Positions 49,354-58,165 of a DNA stretch of 64,000 nucleotides are shown here, one piece after another. This DNA comes from a virus: positions 5,855-69,854 of the IMG/VR virus record IMGVR_UViG_3300010354_006541. One strand, 5' to 3'. The stretch's first letter is position 1; every line of letters starts with the position of its first letter. The notes under the pieces are model-generated. The model worked only from the letters and a program-made list of their open reading frames with translations. It made no database searches and was not told the origin of the DNA. A program made the position numbers and the translations under genes.

Positions 49354-49945
49354 AAAGATTGTTATCACAGGTCATACAAGCGGAATTGGCAAAGCAATCT
49401 ACGACAAATTTAAAGAAGTTAGTTGTAGAGATATCGTGGGACTCAGCAGAAGTAACGGATACGATATAGATAAGGACTTTGACAAAGTAATTGCCGAAGC
49501 AGAAGGTTGTGAACTGTTTATTAATAATGCATATAGGGATACGCAGCAATTAAAACTTTTTCACGCATTGAAAAATAAAGTTGATATGATGGTTGTAATG
49601 GGTAGTGTTAGTAGATTTTATCCCGAATTAATTCCTACTCAATATGTACATGATAAACAAGAATTAGCAGAAGCCTGCAGATTAGAAAGTATCAATCCTA
49701 ACGGTATTCCTATACTACATCTAGATTTAAGTTTCATTGAAGGCACAGTAGTGCCAGAAAATCATCCCACTGCATTTGTGAGTGATTATAATACATCGAA
49801 AGACGACATCGTCGACACTATTATATTTTGGGCTCAGAAGCCTTCTATAAGACAGATCGAGTTTAGATGGAAACTTACACCTTATGTTTTGTCCGAACTA
49901 AAAAGAATTAATCCTAATTTAGATCCATCTAGGGTAGCGTTCTAG
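49346..49945 (+). CDS. SDR oxidoreductase (tandem paralog)
   Basis: ITGHTSGIG, INNA, YVHDK. Confidence 0.75.
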   Translation: MNKKIVITGHTSGIGKAIYDKFKEVSCRDIVGLSRSNGYDIDKDFDKVIAEAEGCELFINNAYRDTQQLKLFHALKNKVDMMVVMGSVSRFYPELIPTQYVHDKQELAEACRLESINPNGIPILHLDLSFIEGTVVPENHPTAFVSDYNTSKDDIVDTIIFWAQKPSIRQIEFRWKLTPYVLSELKRINPNLDPSRVAF

Positions 49946-50476
49946 ATTTTCTAAAAATCTATCTCCGTGTATCTTCCATACAGTTTGATCTGTATGCCTA
50001 TAATGAACTTCTTTAATACGTTCTACTATTCCTATTTTTTCTAAAGTAGGAAAATAATATCTATGTACTAGCCTCTGACTTGCTACTTTACTATCATTGG
50101 ATGTAGCATAGATATTATCCTTACCTGCCCATGCAATACACGTAGGAAGTAGGAACTGATCTGTTAAGTTTTGATGTTCGGCAATTAATCGTTGAGGAGT
50201 TATCAACCCACCGTGTGGTCTTGCTGTACCAAATGTGCATGTTCTGGCCAACACTCTGAAACTACCATACCCCATGACATCATCAAAAGTGTGTGCAACA
50301 ACACTACCTATGGCCTTTTCATCTTGATATAGTATCCATGCTTTCCATAATTTTTCGTTACGAAAGCAATCTATCATAGCCTTTTGACTAGAATTGTTAG
50401 CGAACCCTCTTTCTCCGGCTTCTTTATAAAAATCGGAAAGTTCTAACTCTGGAGTCCATTCAACGATATTATACAT
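49919..50476 (-). CDS. Hypothetical protein, possibly GNAT fold
   Basis: W.LY....IG...H....R...R pattern; weak. Confidence 0.4.
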   Translation of the reverse strand: MYNIVEWTPELELSDFYKEAGERGFANNSSQKAMIDCFRNEKLWKAWILYQDEKAIGSVVAHTFDDVMGYGSFRVLARTCTFGTARPHGGLITPQRLIAEHQNLTDQFLLPTCIAWAGKDNIYATSNDSKVASQRLVHRYYFPTLEKIGIVERIKEVHYRHTDQTVWKIHGDRFLENLERYPRWI

Positions 50477-51164
50477 ATAACTTCTTACATTCGTCCATGA
50501 AGTCTGCCGGAAAGTTTGTTTTAAAACTCTCGAATGCTAATAATTGTATATCTTTGAAAGGGGTCGGCCTATCTACATCGATGCCCATAGCAGACATCTT
50601 AGGAAATAGATCTGCTTGTCTGTCTTCGCTGATGTGACTCATTACGTCTCGTAAACTAATCATCGGATCGTTATCTTTGTAGCAGAAAAAATAGTTGATA
50701 CTCTTTAGTTTACCATTGACTATAAAGTAACTGCTAGGATGCAGACTATATTTGTAAATTCCTAACACCTTGTGTGCTTTAAAAATTTCAAACATTTGTT
50801 CACGCCAGTCGGGCAATACACTATCGTAATCTTGAACTATAGGACCGGCAAGTTGCCAGAAGTCTGCACCTTCGATATCAAAATATAATTTTCTTTTTTC
50901 CAAATCTATATTAGTGATATTCGGTACTAGGTCAGGATATGAGTTACGCATCTGGGTGATAAAATTTACTTCTCGCAACCATTTTTCTTCCATTAACTCT
51001 GGATCAACAACTTGATTTTGACCTTTATGATAATCAGTATCGTTATGATACCATTGACAAAATGTTTTTCTATCTTTACTGATAAGGCTAGTGTAAATCA
51101 AATTATTACGACACAGCCCTTTACCTGGAACATCATTATAGTAGTATTCGAATTCTGTTTTCAT
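50469..51164 (-). CDS. Kinase-like fold protein (paralog of 40165-40866)
   Basis: W.REV.......P.I..ID, PDW.EQ, HK.LG.YK.SLHP; start from TAAGTA-N5-ATG. Confidence 0.5.
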   Translation of the reverse strand: MKTEFEYYYNDVPGKGLCRNNLIYTSLISKDRKTFCQWYHNDTDYHKGQNQVVDPELMEEKWLREVNFITQMRNSYPDLVPNITNIDLEKRKLYFDIEGADFWQLAGPIVQDYDSVLPDWREQMFEIFKAHKVLGIYKYSLHPSSYFIVNGKLKSINYFFCYKDNDPMISLRDVMSHISEDRQADLFPKMSAMGIDVDRPTPFKDIQLLAFESFKTNFPADFMDECKKLYV

Positions 51165-51195
51165 GTACATACTTAGCGGATAAGTATGTACATGA
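51161..51195. repeat. Perfect 15-bp inverted repeat forming a bidirectional promoter/start junction
   Basis: TCATGTACATACTTA-GCGGA-TAAGTATGTACATGA. Confidence 0.9.
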
Positions 51196-52007
51196 TTAGA
51201 GGTATTGGCGGTAAGCCCTACATAAATTTAGATCCTTTTTTGGATGTAAAAGGTTTTATAAATCTTCATGCAGAAATGTGTAAAGGATTCGCTTTGGCTA
51301 GAGATTATGCCAAAGAAGGAACTTGGATGAAGCCTGGCTTTGATCAAAGCAGAGGTAGTTATATTTGGAATTGGAAACCTATCTATAAAGCACATGAGGA
51401 GTATCTGGCATTACCAGACGATCATCCTATAAAGGTGCAGGGCAAAGAAATCTATCCTACAGATTTTAAGGACTATAAACAGCGCAATTTGTTTACACGT
51501 TATTTGAAAAGTTCTTTAGATGCCAATGATCCCTACATATATTATTTTTTATGGAACGAAGGCGATTGGAATGAACGTAATGCCGAACGTCAAAAGACTG
51601 AGGAAAGCCGATACTTTCCAGGTGTTGTCCGTTGGGTAGAAAATCTTCAGGAACAAGGTATCATAGATCGCATAGGTCGTGTGATATTTTTCCATTGTGA
51701 TCATAATGGTAAAGCATTTGAACATAGAGATTTAGATGCAAATAATGGTGTGTTTGAAAATGACTATTATACACCACACAATAATGAATTCATTCATATA
51801 CGTTATAGAACTAGGCGAGGATTCTATATATGGGATCCGGATACCCAAGACAAACATTATGTAAACTCACATGCTACCTTTTGGAACGATCAAGATTGGC
51901 ATGGAGGCGAATCAAGTCTTGAGCAAGAATACAGCCTACGAGTCGACTGTAAATTTACACCCGAATTTAGACAGCGCATAGGTATAGATCATCTTAATTT
52001 TTACTAA
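51192..52007 (+). CDS. Fe(II)/2OG-type oxygenase (divergent)
   Basis: GRV.F, EHRD, WN..DWHGG......SLRVD. Confidence 0.65.
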   Translation: MIRGIGGKPYINLDPFLDVKGFINLHAEMCKGFALARDYAKEGTWMKPGFDQSRGSYIWNWKPIYKAHEEYLALPDDHPIKVQGKEIYPTDFKDYKQRNLFTRYLKSSLDANDPYIYYFLWNEGDWNERNAERQKTEESRYFPGVVRWVENLQEQGIIDRIGRVIFFHCDHNGKAFEHRDLDANNGVFENDYYTPHNNEFIHIRYRTRRGFYIWDPDTQDKHYVNSHATFWNDQDWHGGESSLEQEYSLRVDCKFTPEFRQRIGIDHLNFY

Positions 52008-52501
52008 TGAAATACTTAGGTAATTATCAGTCATGGATTGATCCTCTCTGGGAACATTTAATAATGACCAGAGACGGTCAAGCCCGTCCCCGAGATTGGC
52101 CGCCGGCCACAGCGGTAGAATCTGCCGAATATTCTAAATATCAACTAGCAGGTTATGATCTAAATGCTGTTAATTGGTGGGTATATGAGTATGGGGACAT
52201 ATATGTAAATGTAAACCCTCCGTGGACCAAAGGAAAGATACACTGGTGGTTTACTAAAATGATGCCCGGACAGTTTATGCCAGTGCATACTGATCCTCAT
52301 GCGCATGATCAAGAATGCTATAGATATTGGATTCCGTTACAAGACTTTCAAATCGGTCATATATTTCTATACGGAAATAAAATGATTAATGATTACAAGG
52401 CAGGGGATGTGTTTCAGTTTGAAAATGAAAGAGACCTTCATGGTGCAGCCAACATAGGTCATACTCCTAGGATTTCATTGCTGATTACCGAATATAAATA
52501 G
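52007..52501 (+). CDS. Fe(II)/2OG-type oxygenase
   Basis: PGQFMPVHTD, LHGAANIG..PR. Confidence 0.78.
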   Translation: MKYLGNYQSWIDPLWEHLIMTRDGQARPRDWPPATAVESAEYSKYQLAGYDLNAVNWWVYEYGDIYVNVNPPWTKGKIHWWFTKMMPGQFMPVHTDPHAHDQECYRYWIPLQDFQIGHIFLYGNKMINDYKAGDVFQFENERDLHGAANIGHTPRISLLITEYK

Positions 52502-52512
52502 ATTTCTAATCT

Positions 52513-53442
52513 ATGAATCAAAAAATCTATCTACCCAACAATGTATCTATAATGGTCAATAATCTGTGCAACATGACTTGTAGTCATTGTGCAGGATTAG
52601 CCCTTTATGATTTTTTAGGCACATTTGACTGGGACGAATCTGCCGAGCGATACAAACGCTGGTCTGAAATTCTTGAAACAGAAAAACTTTCTATCTGCGG
52701 GGGTGAACCATATCTGCATCCGGATTTAGAAAACTGGTTTGACAACATTAGATCTTTATGGTCTAAAACTCCTATAGAGATTATGACCAACGGAACTAGA
52801 TTATCAAAACGTATAGATTTATCTAGAAAGTTTATACAAGATGGTAATTCGTGTATAGTAGTTTCCTGTCACGATTCTGCAACTTTTGATAGTATTCGTA
52901 ATGATATTTTAGAAATACTAAAACCATGGAAAGAAAATTTTACATTCACAGAATCATCTAATGAAGGAATTAATTCGTGGAAAGGAATTAGTTATTTCAT
53001 AGAGGGCAGAGAGGTAATAAAGTATCAATTAGTTGTAGATATGGTTCCGCCATATCATAAAAAGGTAGAACACGGAACAGTATATTTTGAAATGGGCGGA
53101 GATAGAGAAGCCAGTTATGCTAAATGTCCTTGGAGAGATGCGATAACTTTTCAACACGGTATACTATACAAATGCCCCCCTGTGGTAAATTATGGTGAGG
53201 CTAAAACACAGGTAAAATATGAAGAAGCGGCTGCTATTGTTTTAGACCAATACAAAGGCTGTGATCCATTTGATCAACAAGAAAATATAGAATATTTTTT
53301 TAACACTCTTCAACAATCTATTTCTGTATGTGAGTTATGTGCATTTGACAAACAGGAAGATACATTAAGTTTTAGTAGAAAGGTAGTGCTAGATCCTAGC
53401 ATGAAGAAAAAATTCAGACAATTTAAAATACAAGAAATATGA
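52513..53442 (+). CDS. Radical SAM enzyme
   Basis: CNMTCSHC, GGEP, MTNG, CP...LYKC...CELC. Confidence 0.9.
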   Translation: MNQKIYLPNNVSIMVNNLCNMTCSHCAGLALYDFLGTFDWDESAERYKRWSEILETEKLSICGGEPYLHPDLENWFDNIRSLWSKTPIEIMTNGTRLSKRIDLSRKFIQDGNSCIVVSCHDSATFDSIRNDILEILKPWKENFTFTESSNEGINSWKGISYFIEGREVIKYQLVVDMVPPYHKKVEHGTVYFEMGGDREASYAKCPWRDAITFQHGILYKCPPVVNYGEAKTQVKYEEAAAIVLDQYKGCDPFDQQENIEYFFNTLQQSISVCELCAFDKQEDTLSFSRKVVLDPSMKKKFRQFKIQEI

Positions 53443-53918
53443 AATACATTGGTAATTTCTCAGAATACATAAAAGATGAATGGGTTGATGAAGTCTTAGC
53501 ACTGCCTAGAGAATGGCCGAGACCTTTCTGTGAAAAAAGTAATGAGCATGAAAGATTGTCTAAAGCAGGCTACGATCTATCTCATTCTCATTGGGCTGTG
53601 GTTGAGCCGTATCATGTTAATTTTCAAATAGAATTTCCTTTTTTAACACATATAACTCAATGGTGGATTGCCAGACTATTTCCTGGACAGTTTATGCCCA
53701 TGCATGTCGACCCTCATCCCGATAACCAACAAGGGAATTTTTATTGGATTCCTATGCAGGATTATCATCCAGGACACATTTTTATTATCGAAGATGAATT
53801 TATCAAAGATTATAAAAAAGGTGATGTTTATGCATTTAATAATCTAAGAGACTATCACGGATCATCTAATATAGGAATGATTCCTAAACTGACTATATTG
53901 GTAGCAGAGTATTCATGA
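53439..53918 (+). CDS. Fe(II)/2OG-type oxygenase (paralog of 52007-52501)
   Basis: PGQFMPMHVD, YHGSSNIG..PK. Confidence 0.78.
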   Translation: MKYIGNFSEYIKDEWVDEVLALPREWPRPFCEKSNEHERLSKAGYDLSHSHWAVVEPYHVNFQIEFPFLTHITQWWIARLFPGQFMPMHVDPHPDNQQGNFYWIPMQDYHPGHIFIIEDEFIKDYKKGDVYAFNNLRDYHGSSNIGMIPKLTILVAEYS

Positions 53919-54568
53919 GAATAGGTTTTTTCGGTGACAGTTTTTGTATGGAGTTTGAAAACATACATAGTATAGAATATGGTTATGATACCTATCTTAC
54001 TATGATAAAAGATTACTACTCTGCAGAAATAGTAAATCTAGGAGAAGGAGGAAGTTCAGTATGGGATGTAATCATCAACCAGTTTCCTTCATTTATAGAT
54101 AATCCCCCGGACATTTGTTTTTTCTGTTGGACTGATCCAAATAGAATATTTCATAGAACTTTTAGAAGTTTGACCGAGGGCAGTGTCTTACAATTAAAAG
54201 AAAAAGATATAACTGAAGATCATCAAAAACAAAAAGATGTCTTTGAAGCGGCTAAGCAGTATTTTTTAAAATTACACGATAACGAAAAATCTAAAATAGA
54301 AGCGATAGCCGCATTACATTATTTTGATGATTATATCTTAGAAAAACTATCGCATAAAACTAAAATAGTACACATGTGGAGTTTTGAAAAGTACTACGAT
54401 TGGAAACATGGTATTGGAATTAGTACTCCTCTTATAGAATTTACTAATTTAAAAAATGAACACCCTCAAGAAGATTGGGCTCCTAATCACTTAGGCGATA
54501 GTGCAAAAAATCAAAAAGTATTTCAGTTGATTAAAGATACTATCGATGCCCATCATCTGCTTGCATAG
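53915..54568 (+). CDS. SGNH/GDSL hydrolase-like protein
   Basis: FFGDSF, NLGEGGSS, WT...R, NH. Confidence 0.6.
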   Translation: MRIGFFGDSFCMEFENIHSIEYGYDTYLTMIKDYYSAEIVNLGEGGSSVWDVIINQFPSFIDNPPDICFFCWTDPNRIFHRTFRSLTEGSVLQLKEKDITEDHQKQKDVFEAAKQYFLKLHDNEKSKIEAIAALHYFDDYILEKLSHKTKIVHMWSFEKYYDWKHGIGISTPLIEFTNLKNEHPQEDWAPNHLGDSAKNQKVFQLIKDTIDAHHLLA

Positions 54569-55634
54569 TAAAGTTTATATCAACATTTTTAATTTTATTT
54601 TTTAAAGCAGAGACAACAGTATTTTGGGCTGTAAGTCTATGTTGTAAAGAATATTTCGCAGCAGTACCTTCATAACAAAAAATGTTTGATAAGTTGACTA
54701 GGGTTTTGAGATCGGGGTCAAGGTGATCGATTAATTCAAGATCGTTGAGCAGATCAGTTTTAATAAACTCATAATCTATACCATCTTTTTTAATACAGTT
54801 TTCTTTGTAATGGTCTAAAGACTTTTGATTATAATCATAGAAAACTACAACACCACTAGTTATTAAATCCAGATATAGGGTACCGCTTGCAGGTATCACT
54901 ACTTGATTATATCTTTCTGTAATACCAGTAGACCATTCTGTGTTTGTAGTATGAACAAACTCGTTTTTACAAAAATTAAATTTGTATTCTATATACTCCG
55001 AGTGTTTATAATATTCTTGTTCTACTTCGGGGTAGTAATGTTTTTTATTGTTCCTAATAGATTCGTCAAATACTAATACAGGAAGATTGTTTTTGAAAGA
55101 TAAACTTAATAGATTCCAACCGTGGCATCTATTATTATAAAGTTTTTCTGTTGTTCCTTTTGATACAGTCTTAGGAGTGTAATCGTCGTGAAAATTTTCT
55201 GTACTTCTTAACGGTTCTATCTGTTGATGCAGAACATTACATTCTAATTTTCCCACTTCGGGGTAATTTAATTGTCTATAATATTTTAAATTAATAACAT
55301 AACACTGATGATGTAGTTCGTAATAGGCATCGTATTTTGATCTATCTAATATATGACCTGCTAGAAAAAAATCATTTGTTATAAGATTGTTTAGAGAATC
55401 AAAAAATGCGTACCCGTTTATATACTCGGTTCCAGGGCTCATTATAACAGCATAGTCGTAGTCAGCAAGTTTGCTTAAAAGACGATCTTCGTCTGTGTCT
55501 ATTAATACTCTATATCCTTTGATATAGAGATTTGAGATTGTAAAATCTAAAATATTTTGTATTGTGGTTTTAATTTCTTGGTTAGCATATGTTGAAATAT
55601 CATTGACTATCCCAAAAATAATTTTATCGTTCAT
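54540..55634 (-). CDS. Hypothetical enzyme-like protein
   Basis: 364 aa; GHILD, YYELH.QC..INL, C-terminal FYD..D....SNIF.Y. Confidence 0.6.
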   Translation of the reverse strand: MNDKIIFGIVNDISTYANQEIKTTIQNILDFTISNLYIKGYRVLIDTDEDRLLSKLADYDYAVIMSPGTEYINGYAFFDSLNNLITNDFFLAGHILDRSKYDAYYELHHQCYVINLKYYRQLNYPEVGKLECNVLHQQIEPLRSTENFHDDYTPKTVSKGTTEKLYNNRCHGWNLLSLSFKNNLPVLVFDESIRNNKKHYYPEVEQEYYKHSEYIEYKFNFCKNEFVHTTNTEWSTGITERYNQVVIPASGTLYLDLITSGVVVFYDYNQKSLDHYKENCIKKDGIDYEFIKTDLLNDLELIDHLDPDLKTLVNLSNIFCYEGTAAKYSLQHRLTAQNTVVSALKNKIKNVDINFTMQADDGHR

Positions 55635-56592
55635 CTTTATGAATTTTCAATACATTTATTTTATTCTTTTCGATCCCTATATATTCACCGGGACACATAC
55701 TACATTCGTCTATACTACAATAATGTGTGGCAGCAAATCGATCCAATTCTTCTTCGGTAGATGTTTCTAAATCTACAGGCTTATAGGCTAGATATTTCTG
55801 CCACTCGGGATCATCGACTAGATTATATTTTTCTAATAACCTTTTTAATGTGCCTAATGCGCCGCACTTATAAATTTTCTTATCGTGTAAAAAGGCACAG
55901 AACTGACTAGGACAACTATTTTTATATGCATCTGCAGGATTACTATTGAAAGGTTTAGGTATTCCGTTTACTTTATTGACTATGGTTTGAAATACAGGAG
56001 ATTCCATATAATGTATCCCCCAATTCTCTTTCATGTAGGTGATGTCGTTTGGATCTCTTGTCTCAAAGTTTATACCTTTGTTTTTAACATATTCTTTCCA
56101 GTTATCTGTTCCTGTTTCTAAGTTAAAAACATCATACCACCAAAGATGAGCAGGCACGGTTTCTTCTAACCCTAGATTCTTTCCTATGGTGTGAACAGCA
56201 TTGACCATTGCGTCTTTACTCATAAACAACGGAGTATGATTACAAACCTGTACCCATACTCGATATTCCTTTACGAGGTCAACCACCCAGTCGATATTTT
56301 TATGCAATAACATGCCATTGGTAGACATGAAAATTGTTTTATTAGGTTCGATACTTCTTATACACTTGATAATTTCTAATATTTTATCTTTGTAAAGAAA
56401 CGGTTCTCCACCAATCATACTCCAGTTTTCTACATCAAACTTTTCGTTGGCCAGTAGTATACTTTCTCTGATAGATTCTATACTAGGGCCTTCAAAATCT
56501 AATTCGTCACTTCTAGAGTCGCAATTGGAACAGGCTAGGTTACAGTTATTTCCGTAGAATGCATCTAATAATTTAATGTGTCTGTTTTTCAT
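55624..56592 (-). CDS. Radical SAM enzyme (paralog of 52513-53442)
   Basis: CNLACSNC, GGEP, STNG, CP...C...IYKC...CSMC. Confidence 0.9.
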   Translation of the reverse strand: MKNRHIKLLDAFYGNNCNLACSNCDSRSDELDFEGPSIESIRESILLANEKFDVENWSMIGGEPFLYKDKILEIIKCIRSIEPNKTIFMSTNGMLLHKNIDWVVDLVKEYRVWVQVCNHTPLFMSKDAMVNAVHTIGKNLGLEETVPAHLWWYDVFNLETGTDNWKEYVKNKGINFETRDPNDITYMKENWGIHYMESPVFQTIVNKVNGIPKPFNSNPADAYKNSCPSQFCAFLHDKKIYKCGALGTLKRLLEKYNLVDDPEWQKYLAYKPVDLETSTEEELDRFAATHYCSIDECSMCPGEYIGIEKNKINVLKIHKDER

Positions 56593-57247
56593 ATTGTTTT
56601 CTGTAACTTCTTGCTACCAGTTCTACAAAATCGTTTTTTCGATTTCCGGGTATTCCGTGAGCGATCAAATGTATCCTAGACACATTAGAATTATTTACAA
56701 AACTATGTACGTTTCTAATATTAATAATAAATGCTTTACCTTCTGTAAAAGGCACTGTACCATGTCCTTCTAATGTCATAAAACAGTCTTGAGGATGTAT
56801 AATGGCAATATTGATCGGTACTCCGAACTCAAGCATGTCTATGTCTTTTTCTCCCGGTAATCTTCCAGGAGCATCGCTGTGCGGGCGTATTCTTCCGCCA
56901 GGCTCTAATTCCATAAATCGAATTCGTCTATATTTTTCGTAAGGAAATGCTTCCCAAAACTTTTTAATATTAGGGGTATGTTCGCTTATGCTAGTCCATT
57001 TATAAGGTACATCTTCCTCTTTGGTATACCCATAGTTTGTCCATGCTCCGGTCTTATCGACATCGATGCCATGTATACAACTACTGTTCCATCCCGGATG
57101 ATCCGCTCCTCGATGATCTACAAACTTTGCCGCAGCGGTTTCTTTTTTCCATGCGTTCAGATCAAAATCAAGATCGAGTTCTAACCAACCAAAATTACTC
57201 TTATTCAATAGCCAATCTGCTATTTCGTACGAACTAGAATTTATCAT
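56573..57247 (-). CDS. Aspartyl/asparaginyl beta-hydroxylase-like oxygenase
   Basis: RIRFM.LEPGG.I.PHSD, H.F.N.S...RIHLI; start from TAAGTA-N5-ATG. Confidence 0.8.
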   Translation of the reverse strand: MINSSSYEIADWLLNKSNFGWLELDLDFDLNAWKKETAAAKFVDHRGADHPGWNSSCIHGIDVDKTGAWTNYGYTKEEDVPYKWTSISEHTPNIKKFWEAFPYEKYRRIRFMELEPGGRIRPHSDAPGRLPGEKDIDMLEFGVPINIAIIHPQDCFMTLEGHGTVPFTEGKAFIINIRNVHSFVNNSNVSRIHLIAHGIPGNRKNDFVELVARSYRKQYEKQTH

Positions 57248-57286
57248 ATTATTACTTAGCACCATATTGTTTTCATAAGTAAGAGT

Positions 57287-58165
57287 ATGACTGCTCCACA
57301 TGATAAACGATCTCTGCCCTATGGAGGGGCCTTTTCTATTTTAGATTCGGTAGTCATAGACTATATGAAAAGTCTGAATTTATTAGAAGGACTTTGGGAA
57401 GAAAATATTACTAAAGATTTTTGTACAGAGTACAAAGATTGGATATCCAAAACTAAAAATAACGCAATAAAAGGATTAGATCTATTCCCTCATAGTGTCT
57501 ATTCAAACGGTACTACGCAGGCTTTTGAAATGTTTTATATTAGAAACAGGCACAGACGATTTAGATGTTTCAAAGGAGAATATCTGTACCATCAGTTGGC
57601 CTGGAGAAACAGTTGGACCGATTGGAAATTTATCGAAGACGATGCATTGAGACCTAACGACGCTGTGGTTATCAGTTTACCTTTTTCTAATACAGGCAAT
57701 GAACACGAACAGTTAGAATGGTTATTAGAGACCTGTACTAATTTAGGAATACCTGTACTAGTTGATTGTGCTTATTTCGGAGTATGCAATTATTTAAATT
57801 TTGATTTTACTTCGGTATGTATTACAGATGTAGTTTTTAGTTTAAGTAAAACTTTTCCTGTAGCACATGCTAGAATTGGCATGCGTTTGACTCGCACCGA
57901 CGATGATGACCTAATGTTTGTCTACGATAAGATCAATTACAATAATAGAATAGGTGCCAAACTGGGTTTAGAATTAATTAAGAATTTTAGTCCGGATTAT
58001 ATCTATGACAAATATGCCAACCAGCAAAAAGTAATCTGTGACGATCTTGACATAGAACCGTCTAATACAATATTGTTTGGATTAGACCATAAAGGCCGAT
58101 ATCCGGAGTATAGCAGAGGAACAAATACTAATCGTCTAGGTTTGTATAAACACTATGAAGTCTAA
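57287..58165 (+). CDS. PLP-dependent fold-type I enzyme (aminotransferase/decarboxylase-like)
   Basis: GTT.AF, P...TG, VDCAY, FSLSK (Schiff-base Lys)...RIG. Confidence 0.8.
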   Translation: MTAPHDKRSLPYGGAFSILDSVVIDYMKSLNLLEGLWEENITKDFCTEYKDWISKTKNNAIKGLDLFPHSVYSNGTTQAFEMFYIRNRHRRFRCFKGEYLYHQLAWRNSWTDWKFIEDDALRPNDAVVISLPFSNTGNEHEQLEWLLETCTNLGIPVLVDCAYFGVCNYLNFDFTSVCITDVVFSLSKTFPVAHARIGMRLTRTDDDDLMFVYDKINYNNRIGAKLGLELIKNFSPDYIYDKYANQQKVICDDLDIEPSNTILFGLDHKGRYPEYSRGTNTNRLGLYKHYEV

